From sequence record LR756504.1: DNA of 64,000 nt. The stretch is one strand, 5' to 3'. Every line of letters begins with the position of its first letter. Position 1 is the stretch's first letter. A program made the position numbers and the translations under genes. The notes below the pieces were generated by a model. It saw only the letters and a program-made list of their open reading frames with translations. It had not been told where the DNA came from and ran no database searches. Positions 20,234-31,023 of this stretch are shown one piece after another.

Positions 20234-21601
20234 ATGGCATTAAATGTAAACCAAATAGCAGACATATTATTTAAAAAAATAGCCGCTGGTAAAGCAACTA
20301 CTGAATTTGGTAGATTTTATGGTAATGGTGAAGAACCATATTCAGGAAGATCTTTTGTTGATTTAAGTCAAATATGGGTTGAATCAAATTTAATTCCTTC
20401 TGTAGCTTCTGAAGTTGCAAATATTGTAGTTAAAATTAATAATATACAATTAACAAATATACCAGGTTCATCATCGTTTACACATGCATCATTGAAGAAT
20501 GTCATACCATTCAATTATGGTGATGGTTTATCATATACTTATACACTTAAAAGAAATGATGGTGCAACTGTTATACCACCAGGTGTCAATGATTGGTATT
20601 TGGATACAGAAACAGGTGTTCTTACATTCTTTTTTGGTGATACTGCTACACCTGGCTTACCAGGTACATTACCAACAGGTGTATCAACGGTATCAGGTCC
20701 ATATATAACATGTTATAAATATGTTGGTAAAACTGCATTAGATACTGGTTTGTCTGGTGGGAGCGGTTCGGCTAATATTTCAATGGGTGAATGGCAAAAT
20801 TCAGTTTATAGTTTAATTACATCATTACCTGGTTCTTCTGTTAATGGTGATAGATATATTTGGAATTCTACATCTGGAACTAATGCTAATATAATAAATC
20901 CTTCAACAGAAGTTGTAACATTAGGAACTATAAATCCTTATGATATTATTGATTGGTATGCAACTTCGAGTGGTACGGCAGGATGGGTAAATATACCTGC
21001 CACAACTGGAATGTTTACATCAATTGATAGTTTATCTAATGCGATTTATTTTTATAATACCACAAATAAATGGTCTAAATATGAAGGTGAAAAAACATAT
21101 CCAACGGAATTAGTTTTAATAGCACAAGATACATTTACACAAGAAGTGGATAATTATGATCATGTAATTTCTGATACAACTGTAGTTCAAGAAGGAACAC
21201 CTGATAGTGATTATAATTTGAGTATTAATGGTATTAAAACAACTGATAATAGCTTTGATATTCGACCTTTAATAAATAGAGCACTATCTTACAGTTCATC
21301 TACTATTGTTGATATTACTTTTTCTTCTATAGGTTCAGCATCATTAGGTGATCCAATTAGAATTTTAACTTCAACTGAAATTATATGGAGAGTCGTTAAA
21401 GCTATAAACACAAATACTATAACATTTACAGGAACACCAATTTTAAGTATAACTGGAGCACAAGTATATTCTAAAGATACTGTTAGTTTATACCCACACA
21501 CAGGTGATTATATTTTAGTGAAATATAACTTAGGTTTTGATATTGAAAGTGGTTTAGATCCTGATAATTTATCATTAACATATGTAAGACCAATAGTATA
21601 A
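20234..21601 (+). CDS. Probable virion or tail-fibre-associated protein
   Basis: 455 aa, GEWQNSV and GDRYIW carbohydrate-binding-like segment, INGIK C-terminal module. Confidence 0.6.
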   Translation: MALNVNQIADILFKKIAAGKATTEFGRFYGNGEEPYSGRSFVDLSQIWVESNLIPSVASEVANIVVKINNIQLTNIPGSSSFTHASLKNVIPFNYGDGLSYTYTLKRNDGATVIPPGVNDWYLDTETGVLTFFFGDTATPGLPGTLPTGVSTVSGPYITCYKYVGKTALDTGLSGGSGSANISMGEWQNSVYSLITSLPGSSVNGDRYIWNSTSGTNANIINPSTEVVTLGTINPYDIIDWYATSSGTAGWVNIPATTGMFTSIDSLSNAIYFYNTTNKWSKYEGEKTYPTELVLIAQDTFTQEVDNYDHVISDTTVVQEGTPDSDYNLSINGIKTTDNSFDIRPLINRALSYSSSTIVDITFSSIGSASLGDPIRILTSTEIIWRVVKAINTNTITFTGTPILSITGAQVYSKDTVSLYPHTGDYILVKYNLGFDIESGLDPDNLSLTYVRPIV

Positions 21602-21603
21602 TA

Positions 21604-23178
21604 TTATATCTTAGGTTCAGCGGATAATATATCTTCTGATGTATTTTCTCTATATTGATTAAAATTATTTATAAATGATGTAGCTAATTTAGCTAATTGT
21701 TCATTATATTCATTTTCACTACTCCATAAATATTTTTGATTTAATACTTTAAATGGGACATCCTCACATGATGTTGGATAGCTTAAATTAAATATTGGTA
21801 AATTATCAAATTCTATATTATCAAAATCACCATTCAGTGCAGCGTTAATTAATAATCTTGTATACTTTAATTCAATTCTATTACCAATACCGTATCCACC
21901 ACCTATCCATCCAGTATTTACTAACCAAACGTTTACTTTATGTTCGTGAATTTTTTTACCAAACATTTCGGCATATTTCGATGGGTGTAATGGTAAAAAT
22001 GCTTTACCAAAACATGCAGAAAATGTTAATTGTGGTTCGGTAATATTCATCTCAGTACCCGCAACTTTTGATGTATATCCTGAAATAAAATGATACATTG
22101 CTTGTTCTGTAGTTAATTTTGAAATTGGTGGTAATACACCAGTTGCATCACAAGTCAAAAAGAAAATGTTATTAGGTATATTTCCAATAGATGGTGATAT
22201 AGCATTATCAATAAATGATAAAGGGTATGATACTCTTGTATTTTCTGTTATTGATACATCTGAGAAATTAACTTTATTTGAATTTTCAAAGAATTTAATA
22301 TTCTCTAATATAGATCCATATTTAATTGCTTTGAATACCGCTGGTTCTTTTTCTTCGGATAAATTTGCTGTTTTAGCATAACAACCACCTTCAAAGTTAA
22401 AAACACTTTTATCTGACCAACCATGTTCATCATCACCAATGAGTTTTCTATTTGGAACATTTGAAATTGTAGATTTTCCCGTCCCAGAAAGCCCGTAATA
22501 TAAAGCAGTATCACCACTCTCCCCAATATTAGCTGAACAGTGCATGGGTAATACATTGTGTTCATTTGGTAGTATGTAATTTAAAATAGTAAATATACCT
22601 TTTTTAATTTCTCCTGTATAACCACTACCACCAATTAATAATATTTTTTTACTAAAATTGATGATGGTGAAATTATGCTGTCTTGTACCATCTTTCAGTG
22701 GGTTTGCTTTGAATGATGGTACGCATAATATTATCCAATCATGTTTAAATGTCTTCAATTCATCTTCGGTAGGCCTTAAAAACATATTGTAAGCAAAAAG
22801 ATTTGACCAAGGTTTCTCAGTAATTACTTTAATATTAAGTTTATATTTTTCATCAGCACATACATAGCTATCTCTAATATAAATTTCTTTATGTTTAAGA
22901 TAGCTAATCATTTTGTTGTAAATTTTGTTGAAGTTATCGGCTTCAAATTTATTATTTACATCACCCCACCATATAGTATCTTTTGTAATATCATCATAAA
23001 CAACATATTTATCTTTTGGTGAGCGGCCAGTAAATTCACCAGTATCTATTGCTAAACTATCAGTAGAAGTTATAACACCTTCTCCAATACTAACAGTTTT
23101 ATCAATTAGTTTGGATGGTGATAAATTATAATAAATTTTGGAATTATTAAGTCCTATGCTTTTTATAAAATTTTTCAT
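21604..23178 (-). CDS. pckA: Phosphoenolpyruvate carboxykinase (ATP)
   Basis: TGRSPKDK, YTGEIKK, MHCSAN, GLSGTGKS, IGDDEHGW, NFEGGCYAK, TENTR, LVNTGW. Confidence 0.97.
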   Translation of the reverse strand: MKNFIKSIGLNNSKIYYNLSPSKLIDKTVSIGEGVITSTDSLAIDTGEFTGRSPKDKYVVYDDITKDTIWWGDVNNKFEADNFNKIYNKMISYLKHKEIYIRDSYVCADEKYKLNIKVITEKPWSNLFAYNMFLRPTEDELKTFKHDWIILCVPSFKANPLKDGTRQHNFTIINFSKKILLIGGSGYTGEIKKGIFTILNYILPNEHNVLPMHCSANIGESGDTALYYGLSGTGKSTISNVPNRKLIGDDEHGWSDKSVFNFEGGCYAKTANLSEEKEPAVFKAIKYGSILENIKFFENSNKVNFSDVSITENTRVSYPLSFIDNAISPSIGNIPNNIFFLTCDATGVLPPISKLTTEQAMYHFISGYTSKVAGTEMNITEPQLTFSACFGKAFLPLHPSKYAEMFGKKIHEHKVNVWLVNTGWIGGGYGIGNRIELKYTRLLINAALNGDFDNIEFDNLPIFNLSYPTSCEDVPFKVLNQKYLWSSENEYNEQLAKLATSFINNFNQYRENTSEDILSAEPKI

Positions 23179-23183
23179 ATTGT

Positions 23184-23534
23184 TTAAAGTTCATCAATTC
23201 TTAATTGTCTTATACTACTTTTAGATGTAATAACATCAGCTATTATTTTTATATCATTTCTTACACCAATATATTTTGACTGTAATACAACAGTATTAAC
23301 ATTTTGCATTTCTTCATTGATAAGGAAATCTTTAATTATTTTTATACTTTGTTTAGCATCATTTAAATATATTTCACCATATTCTGTTAAACAACACGAC
23401 ATTTTAGGAAATTCAATATCATACTCTTTCCATAGATAATTTACATCCAAACCTCTGTATAACAATTTTACTCTAATATCCCTACTAGATAGTGTAAATG
23501 TTTTAAAATTCCCTAAATTATCCAAATCAATCAT
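23184..23534 (-). CDS. Hypothetical protein
   Basis: 116-aa ORF; C-terminal RQLRIDEL. Confidence 0.6.
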   Translation of the reverse strand: MIDLDNLGNFKTFTLSSRDIRVKLLYRGLDVNYLWKEYDIEFPKMSCCLTEYGEIYLNDAKQSIKIIKDFLINEEMQNVNTVVLQSKYIGVRNDIKIIADVITSKSSIRQLRIDEL

Positions 23535-23616
23535 TTTTTATTTAATACTTATATTAATGAAAAATTAAATAGTTTTAAAAAATGAAATTTAATATATAGA
23601 AAAAAGGGATATTTAA

Positions 23617-24276
23617 ATGATTTTACTATTTGAAGAGTATAATCCTCTTATGGATTTGAATAATGATGTAAAGGATCATTTATCTCAATTTCCTTACTTA
23701 AGTTATACTATAAAGGATGAAGATAATGGTATAGTATTAACATTTAATAAAGATGTTTCATTAAAATACGTTAAAGGTATTTTAGATCCTTTCAAAATTG
23801 AAGTTAAAAATGAATTTCCAGTAAAAATTAAAGTTATTTCTAAAAAACTAGTTGATTCTTTTGAAGAATTTAACGGTAAGCTTATAATTGGTCCTACAGA
23901 GAAAATTGATATTCCAACATTAAATTTAAAAGGAATTTCGGTAAAAATTGATAGCGGAGCGACCTGTTCTAGTATGGGTGTGTCTTGGTTACATGTAGAT
24001 AAAAAAAATAAAAAAGTTAGTTTTTTACCATTGGATAAAACATATCCACAATATGTAAATAAAAAATTTACTTTACCTTTGATTGAAGAAGTTAGTGTTC
24101 AAAACTCTAGTGGTAAACAAGAATTAAGACCATTAATTAAATTAGATATTATAATTAAGGGTAAAACATACGAAACATTTTTTTCATTAGCTAGTCGTAG
24201 AGAATTAGAATTTCCTATATTAATTGGTCGTGATGCGTTATCTGGAAGATTTTTAATAGATATTTCTACTATATAA
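23617..24276 (+). CDS. Retropepsin-like aspartic protease (RimK-associated 'ATP-dependent zinc protease' family) with N-terminal extension
   Basis: KIDSGATCS, QELRPLI, SLASRRELEFPILIGRDAL. Confidence 0.85.
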   Translation: MILLFEEYNPLMDLNNDVKDHLSQFPYLSYTIKDEDNGIVLTFNKDVSLKYVKGILDPFKIEVKNEFPVKIKVISKKLVDSFEEFNGKLIIGPTEKIDIPTLNLKGISVKIDSGATCSSMGVSWLHVDKKNKKVSFLPLDKTYPQYVNKKFTLPLIEEVSVQNSSGKQELRPLIKLDIIIKGKTYETFFSLASRRELEFPILIGRDALSGRFLIDISTI

Positions 24277-24338
24277 AATATAGTTCCGTGAAGTGATAAT
24301 ATTGTAATATATAAACCCAAATAGGTTTAAAGCAACTC

Positions 24339-27300
24339 ATGCCAGATTTTAAATTCAGTGGTAATAAGTTTTATTTTAGTATATTAAATGATCCAAATGG
24401 TAAACACCCTCTTTTAGTACCATTAGTAACTAATCCTAATTTTATTGATACTAAAACATTTAAAGTAACAGGTCCACCTGGTATTAAAGAATTGATAGAA
24501 GGTGATTTAGGTATTACCGAATTATTAATGTCTAAAATTATGGAGCCAGTATTTGCTTCATTAAAAATTAATACTCTCCTTTCTGAATTTTTAGCAAATC
24601 AACCAGATCCTTTAGAAAAAGCTAATCCTAATGCTGTACCAACACAATTAAAGGGGTCTGATGCATTTAATAAAGCTAAAAAGAAATTATTAGCAAGTGC
24701 TATACCTGGTTCTGTATATTTACAATCGGGTGGTGAGCCAACAGGACTTAAATCTTTAGAAAAAACTATTATAACATCTATGATGGAATCATATAAGCCA
24801 TTAATGGATTTTGCTAAAATATTAATAGAATTATTAAGCGTTGGTGAAGATGTTGTATGTAGATTTTTAGGAAGCTCTATTAAAATATTAGGTAAAGAAA
24901 TAGGTTCACCATCAAAGAATCCTGCATATTGGAGTCAGGATTTAGGATATGCCAAAACTATGACTTATTCTAAAAAAGAATTTGATGATGCTATTGCTGG
25001 TGGTTTAGCAGAATTTAATAAATCAATGGCTAAAAACAATCCAATAAAGGAAAATCTTAAAAATGGTGATTCCACACCAGGTGATATTGTATCAGATGAA
25101 AAAGAGGCTTTATATGTTGGTTATTTTGATGAAACAGGAAATTATATAGATCCTCCACAATGGGTTAAGAATAGTAACAAATGGTTGGAAATACTCGATA
25201 GAAATAATAATAGGATTGGTGCGCCATTTGATCAATTATCTACTAATTTACATGATGGTGCTGAACAAGTAAGAAGTTATCACGAAAAAGCAATTGAGAG
25301 AATTAAAACACAAAAAGTTTTAATGCTTGAAGAGATTACTAAAAGAGCTACTGATATAAATTCTAAATATGATGCACTTATAAAAGCGACTAATGAAAAT
25401 ACATCATATACTACAGAAGTAAAAGCATCTGAGCTTAAAACCATAGCGAATAAAAAAGTAGAAGATATAAAAGTATTAGAAGAAGAAAAAAAACAATCAG
25501 CTAGTGAATTTGATGATTTAATACAAACATTAATAGATGTGATAGATGGTACAAATGTAGCAGGTAATAATTGGGAAGATGATAATGATAAATCTAAAGG
25601 TGTTAATCCACCAAGCGTAATATCTGAATGGATTGCTAAAACAAGAGGGTCTCAATTAAGACAAAAATATTTTCCTGAAACAGTATCTACCGCACAAACG
25701 ATTATTAAAAGTAATGGCGAAGGTAAAGAACCATATGTATTTATTCCTAAATTTGCAGCAGATTATAGAGGTAGGTCAGTTCAATTAGAAGTACCGTTGA
25801 TTTATAGTAATCAAATTAGACAAGAAGAAGTGAGAAGTAGTAGTGAATTTTTTGATTCGCGTGAAAGAAAACCTCTTAATAAAGGGGGGTATAGATATTC
25901 TATGAGAAATGTTATTGATAATATTGATTTATTTTATAATACGGATGCCAATGAACCATATCGTGAAAATAATATTACATATTTTAGACATGATAATAAA
26001 ACTGATTATTACATACCAGATAAATTAAAAACTTTTTATTTACCTATTGAATGGGAAGAAATAAGAGAGTTTGAAGTTAGATATAAAAACGATCCTTCTA
26101 AAGTTATTAGAACTGAAACTGAAGTAATATTACATAAAATTGATATAGAAAATGATTATGAGCTTCGTGTAATAAAAGTAGTTAATTTACCATTATTACC
26201 GCCTGCTGGACAAGCAGGCTTATTAGAATTCTTTCCAAGTAATAATGATTTACTTATAATGAGAAGTCAAAATCAAATACAATTTTTGAATGTAAGTGAA
26301 AATCCTATCATAGAATCAGTTGAACTTTTAGATGTAACTAATACTGTGACATCGACAACAAGTGGTTCAACAATAACAAATATTAATGCTACAAGATTTA
26401 AAACTAGTAATCGTTATGTAGATGAAGCATATTATACGAAAGATTCATTCTTTTATTTAAGAAAAGAGAATTCGAAATGGGGTGATGAAGTAAAAAATAA
26501 AGATGTTGATGATTCTGAAATATATCAAGTTAAATCAATAAATAAGCAATGGGCATCCAAATCAATTACATTCACATATAATCCTAGATTGGGTGTAGTA
26601 GGTAGTCAAAGAATGGTTGAAAATGGTACTGATTTTTCGCAACATATTATTATAAATAATTCCAATAAAACAATACAGATACACTCATCTAAAGTATCAG
26701 ATTTACCAAAATTTATATTAGAATCTAAAAGTAATCAATTTAAAATACTTTCGGGTAAAAATGCAAATAGAGAAATTAGAATAACTAATTGGGATAGTAC
26801 AACTGAATATGCTATCTTTAAATATGAAGGTGAACTTATAGATGAAATATTTAGTACTTCTGCGCAGTATGATAATTCGGGTTTATTAACTAAATTTGAT
26901 ACAACTGTATGGAATTATCAATATGCAGAATTTTCACATGTTGAAACATATCAAACATTTACACACGAAAGAACATTCAATGCTATAATATATCCAATTA
27001 GAGACATTAATTACGTACCAGCAATATTGAAACAAACACCGCGTGCCATTGTAATTCAAGGTATGAATGATAGTAGTATTTTAGCATCATTGACAGATAA
27101 AGTTAAAAGAACTGGTGTTGATTTGAAAAAATTTAATAAACCCGATTTACAAGTAGACGGTATATTTAATATTTCATCTGTTAAAACAGTAAAAACTAAA
27201 AAGGGGGTTCTCGTTAAAGTATTGCAAGTAAATGAGACTATAGAAAATAAATTTTTGAATAGAGCTTATTCTGGTAATAGAAATGATAAATTTTATTTTC

Positions 27301-29066
27301 CATTAAGAATTGTAGGTATATCGAATGACTTAAATGATATTGGTATAAAGAATGCTGATAATCCATTAACTAAAACAGGTACATTATATACATATAACAA
27401 TAATATACCAGATGATTTAATTCAGCAAGAAGATGGTACATCACCCATTGGTAATTTACATTCTACACCTGATATTAATGAAAGTAATTATCTTAAAGAG
27501 GGTACGATTTTCCATGGGCTTGATCCAAGATTTGTACATAGAACTAAATATAAAGTTTTTTGGTTAGTAGAAGCTTTGAAGAAAGATAATAGTGGTATTG
27601 CAGCAATTAATAAAAAATATAATCCAAAGGATTTAGCATCGGCACAAGATACAGCTAAAAAAACTGGTGGCGGAGGTGCGTCACGTGGTAAAGAATGGTA
27701 TACACTTATAGATAAATTTACTGCTATTCCAATACTTATATCGAAACTTGTTCCTATAATAGCGGGTAAATTAATTCCTTTAATAGTTAAAATAATACAA
27801 TTGATTTCTAATCCAAGTAAGATAACAGAATTATTAACTGATTTAATTACGGATAAAAGTATTAGTAAAGTTCCAATTAATTTTCCAGTTTTCGATAAAG
27901 ATAAAGGTACTTTGAGTAAAGTAATTAAATATAAATCAACAAAACTTCCAAAGACATTTGATGATGGAAAACCTATATCAGACAATCCTTATTATTATGC
28001 AGGTCCACAAGTAGGTGTTGATAACCCTAAATTGGTTTCTATGATGGATGGTAAAGCTGTTGCTGATTTTGGAAAAGGATTAAGTGCTAGTAAGAAACCA
28101 TTATTTAGTTTTGGTATTGATACAAATTTTGCTGGATCACCACCATTTAAACTCATTACTAAAAAAGCCAAGCAAACAGATTTCACAAAACCTGCAATAG
28201 ATAAAACACAACCTTTATTTGAATTAATAATGAATTTTATAAAAATGCCATTCGAAATTATATTCATGATATTTAAATGGGTTATGAAATGGGTTAAGAA
28301 ATTACTTAATCCAACGAAAATTCCATCAGCAGTATCGGAGCTATTATCTTTTAAATGGCTAATAGATATAATTGGTAAAAATAGTTTATTCCAAATATTA
28401 GGAATAGAAGATCCTTTAGAGAGTAGTAAAGTTGCTAAGGGTATGGATGATGTAATAAATGCAAACGGAAAAAATGCACAAGGATTATTTAATAATCTTA
28501 TTAAAGCAATGGCTGGTGGTACACCTGAATATAGTGAAATATTAATATATCATTTATTTAAAAATGGTGTATTTTTAAAAGAAGAAACAGTAGTGCGACC
28601 ATATAATGGCTCTATTAATGATCCTAATTTGAGTGGTAATACTTCTGATAAAAATAGAAATAACAATTTGAATAATGCTAATAATCCACCATTACAGTCG
28701 GCAAGTAATAAAGAAGGTGATGGTGATGGTGCAATAGGTAATTTAAATTTCAATCCACTTGCTTTATGTGGACCAAGATTTTTTAATATTAATGATTTAG
28801 TTCCAATACCGTTCTGGTCAGCAATGCCATCTTTTAATATGTGTGAATTACCACAGATATTTTTAAAACCATTAGAATTGATTTTAGGTACATTAAAACT
28901 AATACAAGAATTATTAAATTCTTTAATAAGTATGCCTATATCTATATTAGGATTGGATCCACAAATACCTATTCCTAAATTTGGTAAAGAGATACCATTT
29001 GCTAATGTATTTGAAGATAAATTAAATCAATTGAAAAGTAAGCTTCAACAAATAAAAACAGCTTAA
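24339..29066 (+). CDS. Very large hypothetical protein (1575 aa), possibly virion or baseplate associated
   Basis: Uninterrupted 4.7-kb ORF after AATATATA; no recognisable family motif. Confidence 0.6.
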   Translation: MPDFKFSGNKFYFSILNDPNGKHPLLVPLVTNPNFIDTKTFKVTGPPGIKELIEGDLGITELLMSKIMEPVFASLKINTLLSEFLANQPDPLEKANPNAVPTQLKGSDAFNKAKKKLLASAIPGSVYLQSGGEPTGLKSLEKTIITSMMESYKPLMDFAKILIELLSVGEDVVCRFLGSSIKILGKEIGSPSKNPAYWSQDLGYAKTMTYSKKEFDDAIAGGLAEFNKSMAKNNPIKENLKNGDSTPGDIVSDEKEALYVGYFDETGNYIDPPQWVKNSNKWLEILDRNNNRIGAPFDQLSTNLHDGAEQVRSYHEKAIERIKTQKVLMLEEITKRATDINSKYDALIKATNENTSYTTEVKASELKTIANKKVEDIKVLEEEKKQSASEFDDLIQTLIDVIDGTNVAGNNWEDDNDKSKGVNPPSVISEWIAKTRGSQLRQKYFPETVSTAQTIIKSNGEGKEPYVFIPKFAADYRGRSVQLEVPLIYSNQIRQEEVRSSSEFFDSRERKPLNKGGYRYSMRNVIDNIDLFYNTDANEPYRENNITYFRHDNKTDYYIPDKLKTFYLPIEWEEIREFEVRYKNDPSKVIRTETEVILHKIDIENDYELRVIKVVNLPLLPPAGQAGLLEFFPSNNDLLIMRSQNQIQFLNVSENPIIESVELLDVTNTVTSTTSGSTITNINATRFKTSNRYVDEAYYTKDSFFYLRKENSKWGDEVKNKDVDDSEIYQVKSINKQWASKSITFTYNPRLGVVGSQRMVENGTDFSQHIIINNSNKTIQIHSSKVSDLPKFILESKSNQFKILSGKNANREIRITNWDSTTEYAIFKYEGELIDEIFSTSAQYDNSGLLTKFDTTVWNYQYAEFSHVETYQTFTHERTFNAIIYPIRDINYVPAILKQTPRAIVIQGMNDSSILASLTDKVKRTGVDLKKFNKPDLQVDGIFNISSVKTVKTKKGVLVKVLQVNETIENKFLNRAYSGNRNDKFYFPLRIVGISNDLNDIGIKNADNPLTKTGTLYTYNNNIPDDLIQQEDGTSPIGNLHSTPDINESNYLKEGTIFHGLDPRFVHRTKYKVFWLVEALKKDNSGIAAINKKYNPKDLASAQDTAKKTGGGGASRGKEWYTLIDKFTAIPILISKLVPIIAGKLIPLIVKIIQLISNPSKITELLTDLITDKSISKVPINFPVFDKDKGTLSKVIKYKSTKLPKTFDDGKPISDNPYYYAGPQVGVDNPKLVSMMDGKAVADFGKGLSASKKPLFSFGIDTNFAGSPPFKLITKKAKQTDFTKPAIDKTQPLFELIMNFIKMPFEIIFMIFKWVMKWVKKLLNPTKIPSAVSELLSFKWLIDIIGKNSLFQILGIEDPLESSKVAKGMDDVINANGKNAQGLFNNLIKAMAGGTPEYSEILIYHLFKNGVFLKEETVVRPYNGSINDPNLSGNTSDKNRNNNLNNANNPPLQSASNKEGDGDGAIGNLNFNPLALCGPRFFNINDLVPIPFWSAMPSFNMCELPQIFLKPLELILGTLKLIQELLNSLISMPISILGLDPQIPIPKFGKEIPFANVFEDKLNQLKSKLQQIKTA

Positions 29067-29099
29067 TTTTTGATATATAATAAAAATAAGATATATTTT

Positions 29100-29273
29100 A
29101 TGGAAAATGATGAAATGAATGAAAAAGTTGAATATGGTAAAAAAGAAATTAAACAGAAAGAAGATAATGTTAATGAAGTATTTAGCGCACCAAAAAATCT
29201 CGATTTAATTGAAAAGAAGGTAAAAATTAAGAAACCTGAGAAATTTAAAAAAGAAGATGGTATTAGAGAATAA
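29100..29273 (+). CDS. Small charged hypothetical protein
   Basis: ATG at 29100 after GATATATAAT; Lys/Glu-rich. Confidence 0.45.
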   Translation: MENDEMNEKVEYGKKEIKQKEDNVNEVFSAPKNLDLIEKKVKIKKPEKFKKEDGIRE

Positions 29274-29292
29274 TTTAAAAAAGAAGTAGAAA

Positions 29293-29703
29293 TTACTTCT
29301 TTTTTCTTTTTAGCTTCTTTGTAACTATGTTTTTTTCAATTTCCTTTTCTCTTTCTATTTTATAATCGATTTCTTTTTGATAAAAATTCTCTAAAATATA
29401 TTTATCTATATCATCAATATCTTTCATAGAATCTAAATAACTTTTTTCTTGCTTAGATTTTTTTACTCTTGGATAATACCAATCGGGTGTTAAAGTGGTT
29501 CTTTGTGCATAATTAAACCATATATCCATAGCCAATGCACCATCAATACCATTTTTATTTAAAGCCTCAGCATTATGTGGTAAAGCTCTACCCATATATC
29601 TATTTAAAGGAAAAAATAACATTTCTTTATCTTTTTCGTCTATATTGTAATATAAATGTTTTTTTTCAAAAATTGCTTTAGTAAGAGAGCTAAAATCTAT
29701 CAT
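29293..29703 (-). CDS. Probable clamp-loader small subunit (T4 gp62-like)
   Basis: Size and pattern F.SL..AI.EKK...FFPLNRYM...N...D.WF...P.W..P..KK resemble gp62 homologues (recalled). Confidence 0.45.
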   Translation of the reverse strand: MIDFSSLTKAIFEKKHLYYNIDEKDKEMLFFPLNRYMGRALPHNAEALNKNGIDGALAMDIWFNYAQRTTLTPDWYYPRVKKSKQEKSYLDSMKDIDDIDKYILENFYQKEIDYKIEREKEIEKNIVTKKLKRKKK

Positions 29704-29862
29704 TTGGTTATTATTTTGTATTTTTAGTTAAAATATGATAAAAGTTTATGATTGTGTAGAAATAAAAATATTTTAACTTTTTTTTAAAAAACATGAAAAA
29801 AACAAAACTTTTGATTTATTAAATACTATATGTTAAAAATTAAAACAATTAAATAACAGGAT

Positions 29863-30966
29863 ATGAAATTTACAGAAGAACAATTGAGTAGATTGAATGA
29901 GAAAGAACGTTCATATTTAAATATGATGGCCCCTCAATATGGAGTATTATATATTACGTCTAAACCAGGATTAGCTAAGTCTGCTATTGCGAGAAGTATA
30001 GCCAGAAAATTAGAATTAAATTATTATGATATTCGTTTAAGTATGGTAGATGAAACCGATGTTGGATTGTACCCTACAGTAAGTGATATTGAAGTTAATG
30101 GTACGAAAACAAAGGTGTTAGAATTCGTAGTGCCTGAGTGGGCTATTAGAGCGAATGAAGCACCATGTATCATTCACTTTGAAGAATTAAATAGAGCCTC
30201 TTTACAAGTAAGAAATGCCGCACTACAACTCTTACTAGAAAGATGTATAGGCACTAAATTTAAGTTCAATGATAATGTACTTATGTTATCTTCTGGTAAT
30301 TTAGGTGAAGAAGATGGTACTGACGTAGAAGAATTTGATTCGGCACTAAATAATCGTCTAATTCACGTAAAACATGAATTAACTGCACAAGAATGGATAG
30401 ATTCATATGCCAAAGATAATGTTCATCCATTAATAGTAAACTTCGTTAAGAATTATCCAGAAGAATTCTATAGAAGAGGAAAAGAAGATGTTCGCGCATA
30501 TGCAACACCACGTACATGGACATTCTTGAGTAGCTTTATAAATACCACATTGGGTGAAAATTCAAATAATATTGAAGCTGTTAAAGAATTGGTACAAAAA
30601 AATGGATTCTCTTATATTGGTAATTCGCAAGTGAAGTTTAACAAGTATCTTGAAGAAACAATGAGATTATCTATTAATGATGTACTTAAATCATTCGATA
30701 AAGTAAAATCAGCATTAGAAAAATCTAATAGAGATAAAAAATCTGAGTTGTTGAATAACTTACGTGAAATGAAGTTAAATAGCTTAACTGAAAATGAAGT
30801 TTCTAATTTAATTAGCTTCTTAAATATTCTTGATGAAGATGAATTAATCGGTTATTTAACGTACCTAATTGATGGTGGAATGGATGATGAATTGAAGAAA
30901 TATCCATATAAAAACATTCTACAATCATTTAAGGTAATCTTGAAAAAGATTTCATCAATGAGCTAA
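29863..30966 (+). CDS. MoxR-like AAA+ ATPase
   Basis: SKPGLAKS Walker A, IHFEELNRA Walker B, DSALNNRL, TPRTW. Confidence 0.85.
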   Translation: MKFTEEQLSRLNEKERSYLNMMAPQYGVLYITSKPGLAKSAIARSIARKLELNYYDIRLSMVDETDVGLYPTVSDIEVNGTKTKVLEFVVPEWAIRANEAPCIIHFEELNRASLQVRNAALQLLLERCIGTKFKFNDNVLMLSSGNLGEEDGTDVEEFDSALNNRLIHVKHELTAQEWIDSYAKDNVHPLIVNFVKNYPEEFYRRGKEDVRAYATPRTWTFLSSFINTTLGENSNNIEAVKELVQKNGFSYIGNSQVKFNKYLEETMRLSINDVLKSFDKVKSALEKSNRDKKSELLNNLREMKLNSLTENEVSNLISFLNILDEDELIGYLTYLIDGGMDDELKKYPYKNILQSFKVILKKISSMS

Positions 30967-30982
30967 TATATTTGGGTTTAGT

Positions 30983-31023
30983 AATAAAAGAACCACATCT
31001 GATAAAGGTGTGGTTCTTTTATT
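30983..31023. terminator. Bidirectional intrinsic terminator
   Basis: AATAAAAGAACCACA / TGTGGTTCTTTTATT inverted repeat between convergent genes. Confidence 0.85.
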
